Below are positions 56,201 to 64,000 of a DNA stretch of 64,000 bases, piece after piece (positions within the stretch are counted from its first letter, which is position 1; every line of letters starts with the position of its first letter). The position numbers and the translations under genes are program-made. The stretch is from TPA_inf: Saccharomyces (taxonomy: Eukaryota), in the NCBI GenBank assembly GCA_000146045.2, contig BK006938.2, positions 96,001 to 160,000 on the forward strand. The letters are read 5' to 3'. The notes beneath the pieces are model-generated. The model had not been told where the DNA came from. It worked only from the letters and a program-made list of their open reading frames with translations, and did not search any database.

Positions 56201-59200
56201 TTACGTCTTAAATCATTCAAGACTAAAGTCTGGTGAGTTTCAGCTAGACCTAATTCCCATGGCAAACCCGCATATTTGACACTCGTCCATCTTGCAGCAC
56301 CTGTACCACCATCATGACCAGAAACTAAGATATGATCGGCTTTAGCCTTAGCTACACCAGAGGCAACAATACCAACACCAACTTCGGAAACCAACTTTAC
56401 AGAAATTCCCGCTCTTGGATTAGCACATTTCAAATCATAAATCAGTTGTTTCAAATCTTCAATGGAATAAATATCGTGATGAGGAGGAGGAGAGATTAAC
56501 CCAACATTAGGGGTGGAGTGCCTGGTTTTTGCGATATCCTTAGACACTTTGTGGGCTGGTAGTTCACCACCTTCACCCGGCTTAGCACCCTGAGCAATCT
56601 TAATTTGGATTTCATCAGCATCTGACAAGTAGTATGAAGTTACACCGAATCTAGCGGAAGCAACTTGTTTGATAGCAGATCTCATAGTATCACCGTTTTC
56701 TTGAACAGCAGAACGTTCTGCGTCTTCACCACCTTCACCACAATTGGATTTGGCCCCTAAACGATTCATGGCAATAGCCAATGTAGAGTGAGCTTCCATA
56801 GAAATAGAACCATAAGACATTGCACCTGACGCAAATCTTCTGGCAATTTCAGTCCATGGTTCAACTTGTTCTAGAGGGATACTGACAGAATTTTCAAAAT
56901 CTAATTCTAACAGTCCTCTTAGTGTACAGTCTCTAATTGCTTCCATTTCCTTCTTTACATATAATTGCCAAGAGACATCATTTTTGTTTCTGACAGTATC
57001 TTGTAACGAAGCAATTGCGGTTGGTTCGTTGACGTGTTTGTAACCACCATCCCTAAAGTGGTATTCACCACTTTCTGGTAAGTTAACAGATTTACTAATG
57101 GTTTGTCTGGATGGATAACCACGCTCATGTAAAGAAAAGGCATCTTGAGCCAAATACTCGAAAGTTACACCTCTAATTCTGGAAGAAGTACCTGTGAAAC
57201 ACAAATCAACAATAGAGTTATCTAAACCTAGGGCTTCAAAAATTTGAGCACCTTTGTAGGATGCTAGAGTGGAGATACCCATTTTAGACATAACCTTCAA
57301 GATACCTGCATCAATAGCGTGCTTGTAATTTTCTAGTATTTGCCCTTCCTCAAGTGTATCATTGTCATTGTTGACATTACGAAGTAGACCTTCTCTATTC
57401 ATTCTGACCAAAGTTTCCATGGCTAAGTATGGATAAACACCATCACAACCATAACCTAGTAGGACACAGAAATGGTGAATTTCTCTGGCTTCACCTGTTT
57501 CCAAAATCAAAGCAACTTGGGAACGCTGCTTGTTTCTGATTAGGTGATGATGAATACATGAAATTGCAATCAAAGAGGAGATGGAAACACGGTTGGCACC
57601 CATTTTCCTGTCAGTAATTATTAAGATCTTTTTACCATCATCAATTGCTTCGCTCGCTAACTTAGTGATTTTATCAATTGTGTCGGTATAGCCCAATAGA
57701 CCCTCACTCTTGTCGAATGTGATATCAATTTCTGCTACAGACCATGATGGGTAAGCAGCTTCAATGTTTTTCAAAGCTTGGAACTCATTCCAATGCAAAA
57801 TAGGAGATTTCAATAATAAACGATCACATTGAGATGAATGCATTTCCAAAAGGTTGCCTTGAGGTCCGACATAACATTCTAACGACATAACATTTGCTTC
57901 ACGAATTGGGTCAATTGGAGGATTGGTCACTTGAGCAAACAATTGTCTGAAATAATCATAAAGTAAGACAGGATTTTCATTTAAACAAGCCAGTGGCGCA
58001 TCGTTACCCATCGAACCTAAAGCTTCTTTACCTGTTAAAGCCATTGGAGTTAACAGAAATGTGACTTGTTCGAAGGTATAACCATTGGCCAATAGACGTG
58101 GGTCACTTTGAACTTTCAAAGACAATGAATCCTGTGATATAAATTCTTTAGGAACCAAATTAGCGGTTTTTGATAACAAGTCGTCTAACTTGATGACTTT
58201 GGATAACCAAGACTTAAAATCTTGTCTTTTTGAGATTTGAGATTTTAACTTTTTAGTATCGACCATTTCACCCAATTGAGTATCCACTAGGAATAAATCA
58301 CCTGGCTTCAGTTTACCTTTTTGAACAACCAATGAATTTTCGATAGGAATGACACCTACCTCTGAAGCACAGATAACTCTGTCATCACTAGTGATGTAAT
58401 AACGACAAGGTCTTAAACCATTTCTATCCAATATAGCACCACAGTAACGTCCATCAGTGAAAGTTAACAAAGCTGGACCATCCCAAGGTTCCATCAGACA
58501 TGCAGCCCAGTCGTACCATGCTTTTAGGTCAGAATCCATATCCTTATGATACGCTTCAGGAACCATCATCATAACAGCTTCAGGTAGAGATAATGTGCCA
58601 TTAATAGTCAATAGTTCTAAAACGTTATCCAATGCAGCTGAATCAGAACCACCTTCTTCGATAATTGGGTATAGTTTGTCTAACTCATCTTTGAAAGTTG
58701 CTGAATTCATCACACCTTCTCTGGAGCGCATCCAATTCTTGTTACCTCTTAAGGTGTTAATTTCACCATTATGAGCTAGCCAACGTAAAGGTTGAGCTCT
58801 ATCCCAAGAGGGGAAAGTATTAGTGGAAAATCTTGAATGGACCAACGCCATGTGGGATTTGAAATGCGCATTAGTCAAGTCGGGATAGTAGTTATACACT
58901 TGAGCTGGCGTCAATTGACCCTTGTAAACAATGGTGGTATTGTTTAGGGAACAAACATAGAACCAGTTTTCCAGTCCTATTTGAAGAGAGGCCTCCTTCC
59001 TTAAAAGATACAATTGAGTTCTAAATTTAGTTTCATTAAACTCCGGTTGTTTTTCATCATACAATGGAACCAATAATGGCTGTAGAATAGTAGGTTCACG
59101 AGATAATGCAACGTCTCCTAAAATAGTAGAATCTACGGGGACGTTTCTCCAACCTAATACGGATAAGTTGAAGGATGCAGCTAAATCCTCGAAAATCTTC

Positions 59201-59640
59201 TGACACTTAATTAAATTTTTCTTGTTATTTTTTTCGTTCTTCTTGAAGAAGACGTTACCTACGGCGTATTTGCCCATCTCAGGTATGTCTAGATCAAGAT
59301 CTAACTTGAATTCTCTTTTCATAAATTCGTGAGGAATACCTAGCAGAATACCGGCACCGTCACCGTTCCCATCAGATGAGACGGCACCACGATGTGTCAT
59401 ATTCACTAAAAGATATCTAGCGTCAGTAACAATCTTGTGAGACTGTTCACCATGCTTATTTGCTACGAAACCGACACCACAAGCGTCATGTTCATAATCA
59501 GGGTCGTAAAGTCCTCGTTTGTCCGGAATCACATTTGCCCAAGATTTATGAAGATGGTGTTCATCGTTATAGTTTTGAATTGTCCCACCTTCGTAAGCTT
59601 CTTCCAATGGATCGAAATTGTCTGATTTCAACACTGGCAT
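53203..59640 (-). CDS. GLT1: NADH-dependent glutamate synthase (GOGAT), YDL171C
   Basis: 2145 aa, ATG complement at 59638-59640. N-terminal class-II glutamine amidotransferase (…HDACGVGFVANK…), a central FMN/Fe-S glutamate-synthase domain and GXXGG-type central domains. The C-terminus is a fused small-subunit-like NAD(P)H-binding domain (GVIGSGPAGLACA). Confidence 0.97.
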   Translation of the reverse strand: MPVLKSDNFDPLEEAYEGGTIQNYNDEHHLHKSWANVIPDKRGLYDPDYEHDACGVGFVANKHGEQSHKIVTDARYLLVNMTHRGAVSSDGNGDGAGILLGIPHEFMKREFKLDLDLDIPEMGKYAVGNVFFKKNEKNNKKNLIKCQKIFEDLAASFNLSVLGWRNVPVDSTILGDVALSREPTILQPLLVPLYDEKQPEFNETKFRTQLYLLRKEASLQIGLENWFYVCSLNNTTIVYKGQLTPAQVYNYYPDLTNAHFKSHMALVHSRFSTNTFPSWDRAQPLRWLAHNGEINTLRGNKNWMRSREGVMNSATFKDELDKLYPIIEEGGSDSAALDNVLELLTINGTLSLPEAVMMMVPEAYHKDMDSDLKAWYDWAACLMEPWDGPALLTFTDGRYCGAILDRNGLRPCRYYITSDDRVICASEVGVIPIENSLVVQKGKLKPGDLFLVDTQLGEMVDTKKLKSQISKRQDFKSWLSKVIKLDDLLSKTANLVPKEFISQDSLSLKVQSDPRLLANGYTFEQVTFLLTPMALTGKEALGSMGNDAPLACLNENPVLLYDYFRQLFAQVTNPPIDPIREANVMSLECYVGPQGNLLEMHSSQCDRLLLKSPILHWNEFQALKNIEAAYPSWSVAEIDITFDKSEGLLGYTDTIDKITKLASEAIDDGKKILIITDRKMGANRVSISSLIAISCIHHHLIRNKQRSQVALILETGEAREIHHFCVLLGYGCDGVYPYLAMETLVRMNREGLLRNVNNDNDTLEEGQILENYKHAIDAGILKVMSKMGISTLASYKGAQIFEALGLDNSIVDLCFTGTSSRIRGVTFEYLAQDAFSLHERGYPSRQTISKSVNLPESGEYHFRDGGYKHVNEPTAIASLQDTVRNKNDVSWQLYVKKEMEAIRDCTLRGLLELDFENSVSIPLEQVEPWTEIARRFASGAMSYGSISMEAHSTLAIAMNRLGAKSNCGEGGEDAERSAVQENGDTMRSAIKQVASARFGVTSYYLSDADEIQIKIAQGAKPGEGGELPAHKVSKDIAKTRHSTPNVGLISPPPHHDIYSIEDLKQLIYDLKCANPRAGISVKLVSEVGVGIVASGVAKAKADHILVSGHDGGTGAARWTSVKYAGLPWELGLAETHQTLVLNDLRRNVVVQTDGQLRTGFDIAVAVLLGAESFTLATVPLIAMGCVMLRRCHLNSCAVGIATQDPYLRSKFKGQPEHVINFFYYLIQDLRQIMAKLGFRTIDEMVGHSEKLKKRDDVNAKAINIDLSPILTPAHVIRPGVPTKFTKKQDHKLHTRLDNKLIDEAEVTLDRGLPVNIDASIINTDRALGSTLSYRVSKKFGEDGLPKDTVVVNIEGSAGQSFGAFLASGITFILNGDANDYVGKGLSGGIIVIKPPKDSKFKSDENVIVGNTCFYGATSGTAFISGSAGERFGVRNSGATIVVERIKGNNAFEYMTGGRAIVLSQMESLNAFSGATGGIAYCLTSDYDDFVGKINKDTVELESLCDPVEIAFVKNLIQEHWNYTQSDLAARILGNFNHYLKDFVKVIPTDYKKVLLKEKAEAAKAKAKATSEYLKKFRSNQEVDDEVNTLLIANQKAKEQEKKKSITISNKATLKEPKVVDLEDAVPDSKQLEKNSERIEKTRGFMIHKRRHETHRDPRTRVNDWKEFTNPITKKDAKYQTARCMDCGTPFCLSDTGCPLSNIIPKFNELLFKNQWKLALDKLLETNNFPEFTGRVCPAPCEGACTLGIIEDPVGIKSVERIIIDNAFKEGWIKPCPPSTRTGFTVGVIGSGPAGLACADMLNRAGHTVTVYERSDRCGGLLMYGIPNMKLDKAIVQRRIDLLSAEGIDFVTNTEIGKTISMDELKNKHNAVVYAIGSTIPRDLPIKGRELKNIDFAMQLLESNTKALLNKDLEIIREKIQGKKVIVVGGGDTGNDCLGTSVRHGAASVLNFELLPEPPVERAKDNPWPQWPRVMRVDYGHAEVKEHYGRDPREYCILSKEFIGNDEGEVTAIRTVRVEWKKSQSGVWQMVEIPNSEEIFEADIILLSMGFVGPELINGNDNEVKKTRRGTIATLDDSSYSIDGGKTFACGDCRRGQSLIVWAIQEGRKCAASVDKFLMDGTTYLPSNGGIVQRDYKLLKELASQV

Positions 59641-59970
59641 GCTTTCTTTTCTAATTCTTTTTCTAGTTCTTCAAAATAAATAAATGGCAAATAGATTAAG
59701 AAAAAAGAGAGAGTAGAAAGACAAAAATAAATAAAAAAAAACTGAAGCAGAAAAATAAATAAATAAGTTAAACGTTAATCACTACCTCAATGAGCTAAAA
59801 GAAGGGGAAGAAAGAGCAACTGAGAGTATCCGTCTGCGTAGTATAGGACTGAGATAGCAATTTCCTATCTTCCTATGATGTGGAGACGATTAGTTTGGTG
59901 TGTTATCAAGTAAGATATAAGAATTGATTAATTTGGTAAGAAATGAAACAATAGGACGAAAAATACAATA

Positions 59971-60112
59971 AGATAAGGAAGACCATCAGAACTTATGAAT
60001 GACTAAGAAAAGCAGTTTATATTTTTTTTTTGGGCAATTTATTGCTTCTTTTTTTTACGTTTTGCGGGCATCACGTTCGTCGTGACATATGACTTGAAAA
60101 ATGTGCAAAAGC
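59971..60112. promoter_or_regulatory. Two GATAAG motifs in opposite orientation in the GLT1/UGA3 divergent promoter
   Basis: GATAAG lies on the + strand near 59971-59976 and CTTATC (GATAAG on the - strand) near 60105-60110. This is the core site for Gln3/Gat1-type GATA factors. Only the hexamer is matched, so support is weak. Confidence 0.3.
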
Positions 60113-60317
60113 TTATCGGAGCCAATCGGATTGACGCATTAAAACCGAAGTGTATTAGGACCAAATTTGCGCTGTATAGGGTTGAACGGTAGGGCTACCA
60201 GGGTCTGAGTCATCAAAGAAAAAGAAATTACAATAAGAGTCTTACTTAAGATGATATAGAATTGTTGTTATTGTTCATGTATGGATGCCAAGAAAACAAA
60301 GTTTTTTAAAGTGAGGT

Positions 60318-61904
60318 ATGAATTATGGCGTGGAGAAGCTGAAATTGAAATATTCGAAGCATGGGTGTATTACTTGCAAGATCAGAAAGAAGAGATGCTC
60401 TGAAGATAAACCTGTGTGCCGGGACTGTCGTCGATTAAGTTTTCCCTGTATCTATATATCAGAATCTGTTGATAAGCAGTCTTTGAAAAAAATAAAGGCA
60501 GATATACAGCACCAGTTGATCAGCAAGAAAAGAAAGCATGCTCCTGACAGTGCTCAGAAAGCGGCCGTGGCCACCCGTACTCGACGGGTCGGTAGCGACG
60601 AACAGGATAACCAGGTATATTTGTCAAAACCGCTGGAAGATTGCATTTCTCAGAAGCTGGACTCTATGGGATTGCAGCTGTACAACTACTACAGGTCTCA
60701 CCTTGCAAACATAATTTCCATCGCGCCCATGAACCAGAACTACTATCTGAACATTTTCTTGCCAATGGCCCACGAGAATGATGGTATATTGTTTGCTATT
60801 CTTGCTTGGTCAGCTAATCATTTGTCTATATCATCATCAAATGAGCTGCGAAAGGATGAAATATTTGTCAACTTGGCGAACAAGTATACATACATGTCGT
60901 TATCGCATCTAAAGACAAACGAGGGCTCAAGTGCCTGTGCTAAACTGGGGTTTCTATATTCACTAGCACAAATCCTAATCTTATGTGGTTCAGAGATATG
61001 TCAGGGTGATGTGAAATTTTGGAAGATATTATTGAATATAGGAAAAAATTTGATCGAAAACCATGTGGGCAAGGATGTCTCACGGATACTAACCACTACT
61101 ACAGAAGAACCCTCCCTAGAGGAGAGGATAATCTTCCCCAATTTCAATTCCGTTGTTAAGTACTGGCTGATTGTGAATTTTATATATCATGATATTTTGA
61201 ATTTCAATACAACGTCCTTCCCGATCGAACAATACGAGAAATTCTTCCAAAGGGATCAGAACTCTTTACCCAGCTCAGCCAACTTTATTGAGTCAATAGA
61301 CTCGCCAATTGAGGAAATAGACCCTTTAATTGGCATCAACAAGCCTATTTTACTACTATTGGGACAAGTCACAAATTTGACGAGGTTTTTGCAGACTATG
61401 GAACAGGAAGAAATGCTAGAGCATGGCGATAAAATTTTGAGTTTGCAAGTCGAGATTTATAAATTACAACCTTCGCTTATGGCGCTGGAACATTTGGATG
61501 ATGAAAAGAAATTTTACTATTTAGAACTATTCGAGATAATGAAAATTTCTACCTTAATGTTCTTTCAATTAACTTTATTAAAGATTGACAAAGATTCGCT
61601 GGAACTACAGATACTGAGAAACAAATTGGACTCGAAGCTAGACAAGGTCATCGGAACTTTTTTGGAAGGATCGTTATGCTTCCCACTTTTCATTTACGGT
61701 GTATGCATTCAGGTAGAAGATATGGAGAAAAAAATAGATTTGGAAGCCAAATTTGACGACATTTTAAAACGATATAAATGTTACAATTTCCAAAATGCTA
61801 GATTATTGATACGGAAAATTTGGCAAAACGAGGCTGATGGCATCAGTGAGCATGACCTGGTCCACATGATTGACGAATTAGATTACAATATTAATTTTGC
61901 CTGA
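60318..61904 (+). CDS. UGA3: Zn(II)2Cys6 transcriptional activator of GABA-utilisation genes, YDL170W
   Basis: 528 aa, ATG at 60318. N-terminal binuclear cluster CITCKIRKKRCSEDKPVCRDCRRLSFPC. Confidence 0.9.
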   Translation: MNYGVEKLKLKYSKHGCITCKIRKKRCSEDKPVCRDCRRLSFPCIYISESVDKQSLKKIKADIQHQLISKKRKHAPDSAQKAAVATRTRRVGSDEQDNQVYLSKPLEDCISQKLDSMGLQLYNYYRSHLANIISIAPMNQNYYLNIFLPMAHENDGILFAILAWSANHLSISSSNELRKDEIFVNLANKYTYMSLSHLKTNEGSSACAKLGFLYSLAQILILCGSEICQGDVKFWKILLNIGKNLIENHVGKDVSRILTTTTEEPSLEERIIFPNFNSVVKYWLIVNFIYHDILNFNTTSFPIEQYEKFFQRDQNSLPSSANFIESIDSPIEEIDPLIGINKPILLLLGQVTNLTRFLQTMEQEEMLEHGDKILSLQVEIYKLQPSLMALEHLDDEKKFYYLELFEIMKISTLMFFQLTLLKIDKDSLELQILRNKLDSKLDKVIGTFLEGSLCFPLFIYGVCIQVEDMEKKIDLEAKFDDILKRYKCYNFQNARLLIRKIWQNEADGISEHDLVHMIDELDYNINFA

Positions 61905-62063
61905 GCAGCATATATTTTCTTTCCCCGCCCCCTGGGTGTCTTAAATTATTGTTTCACCACACAAACATATATATGTTCTTTTTTTTTTTTGTAGGACGTA
62001 CGGATTCAAAAACAATTTATACCTATACAATGTAGAAATGCTAACGTTGAGACATAGAAGTAA

Positions 62064-62735
62064 TTATTTAATTAACCATTTTAGGTGATTATTTTCAGGG
62101 GTGTCCGAGTCCACCTCTACAACATCCACCTGCCCGGTTTGATACCTGTAATCGCCTGTCTTGGAGTCCTCCACAAAGCTTATGCTTCTCTCAGATTTCC
62201 TGCGTGGCCTATCCATTATGGCTGCTCCTGCATACGACGTGCCAGTGCCGCCAATCATATCTATATCATGATTGCTTTCCCCGTCGCTTGTACTATCTTC
62301 ATTCGAGTGGACGTCATGAGCCCATACAGATTTATACCGATTTGCTCTCGGAAATTCATGGCCATCTAGCACTTGTATTCTTTGGTAGTGATCACTATCA
62401 TTATCCTCGTCACTCTCGTCCCTTTCACAAACGGGGCTTTCCCTTCTCTGCTTTGCAGTCCTTGTTAATTTAGTCTTAGACTTCATTTTAGCTCTTTTAT
62501 TAGATTTTGTCTTTAATTTGCCCTTGATCTTCAAAATTAACTCATCAAAGTTGTCCTCGTGTGCATCATATACCACCTTATATGATTGTTGGTATTGTGT
62601 GGCGAATAAGTCCTGGTTCCAGGCAAAACCTTGACTTTGAGATACAGATATTTTAAAATTTGGCCTTATTTCTGCACTATATGTAAATACCGAACTGGTA
62701 TTTGAGTATACAATAAGTTTCTCCTTATCCTCCAT
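62064..62735 (-). CDS. UGX2: Uncharacterised protein YDL169C
   Basis: 223 aa, ATG complement at 62733-62735. Acidic and basic stretches with no recognisable domain. Position between UGA3 and SFA1 matches. Confidence 0.75.
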   Translation of the reverse strand: MEDKEKLIVYSNTSSVFTYSAEIRPNFKISVSQSQGFAWNQDLFATQYQQSYKVVYDAHEDNFDELILKIKGKLKTKSNKRAKMKSKTKLTRTAKQRRESPVCERDESDEDNDSDHYQRIQVLDGHEFPRANRYKSVWAHDVHSNEDSTSDGESNHDIDMIGGTGTSYAGAAIMDRPRRKSERSISFVEDSKTGDYRYQTGQVDVVEVDSDTPENNHLKWLIK

Positions 62736-63576
62736 GACTCTTCAGTAGCGGTTATGAACACGATATAACTATCTGCATTTAACGCTGGTACTGATTTCAA
62801 TTTATCCTTATCAAATGATACGCTCTTTCCCTTTAAAAAGCGCCCTTACCTCGTTCCGAACGGCGCTAGTAAGAATTTCATCAAATTGCCCTTCTTGTGG
62901 GGGGATGCTCATCACAGACTACTGAATATGCATCACAGAAAAGACAAAAAGAACCATTAACATGATTCTGCATATATTTGAATGATTAATCCATGGTATT
63001 GATTTAAGGCGGTAAGAAGGAAAATTTAAAATTTGGATATTACCATCTTCTTCTACACTCATATATATTCCTAATTTCCTTTGCATCAGGTCAATCGTGA
63101 CAGTTGTTGCTTATAAATGCGATTATTTTCTGCGTAATATCCATAATTACTTCAAGAACCCCTTAGGTGACAACCGAAAGTCAGCAGTCACTTAATAGTA
63201 TTTAGTGTCAGAATTTGTTGGCCTATTTTCTTACATTCACTATATAATACTTACGGGGCTAGTTTTATTTTCTACCACAAATAAAAATAAAGCATCTTTT
63301 AATTTTCTTCCCTTGAATGGCTTAAGTGCCTCAGTCGAATGGCAACTTGGTTCCATTATTATCAACTGTATACTATTATAGAGGCATTTTTTTCAATAAA
63401 GACATGCGGTGTGTGGGTCTTTTTACCTCTGTAAGTTACGTAATAATGGAATTTCATAGAGGAAGAAAGATGAAAAAATTCACTTATAAAGGGAAGGACA
63501 TCCGTGTGCTTATACCAGCTTGAGAAAGTACTGACCCTTGAATCGTTAAGTTTACTTCTACAAAATCTCCAAGTAA

Positions 63577-64000
<424 letters not shown>

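Overview
This window reads as well-annotated Saccharomyces cerevisiae nuclear DNA, and I recognise it as the chromosome IV left arm from YDL203C to the start of YDL168W. It is gene-dense, with about 37 protein-coding genes on both strands, 38% GC and short intergenic spacers. The most unusual element is the in-frame VDE (PI-SceI) intein with a LAGLIDADG homing endonuclease inside VMA1 (TFP1). It is real and plain in the sequence, but it is a long-known system. The window also holds GLT1 (2145 aa), SEC31, SNF3 with its duplicated C-terminal tail motif, UFD2, ARF1, PPH22, LYS20, both D-lactate dehydrogenase genes (DLD1 and DLD2), AIR2, UGA3, a partial SFA1, and two ribosomal-protein genes: RPL35A, which has an ATG-only first exon, and the 25-codon RPL41A. 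I found no tRNA, rRNA, CRISPR array, Ty element or LTR. I do not see an undescribed biological system here; I recognise nearly every ORF as a known yeast gene. The things worth a second look are small-scale: a perfect 2 x 69-bp tandem duplication in the YDL180W-PCL9 spacer, an (AAAT)n microsatellite, a 38-nt poly(dT) tract, candidate Rap1, Lys14 and GATA sites, and internal peptide repeats in SNF3, PAR32 and RBS1. The supplied ORF track accepts non-ATG starts (GTG and TTG shown as M). Several true N-termini are therefore shorter than the listed ORFs, and I corrected each by locating the first in-frame ATG in the nucleotide sequence.
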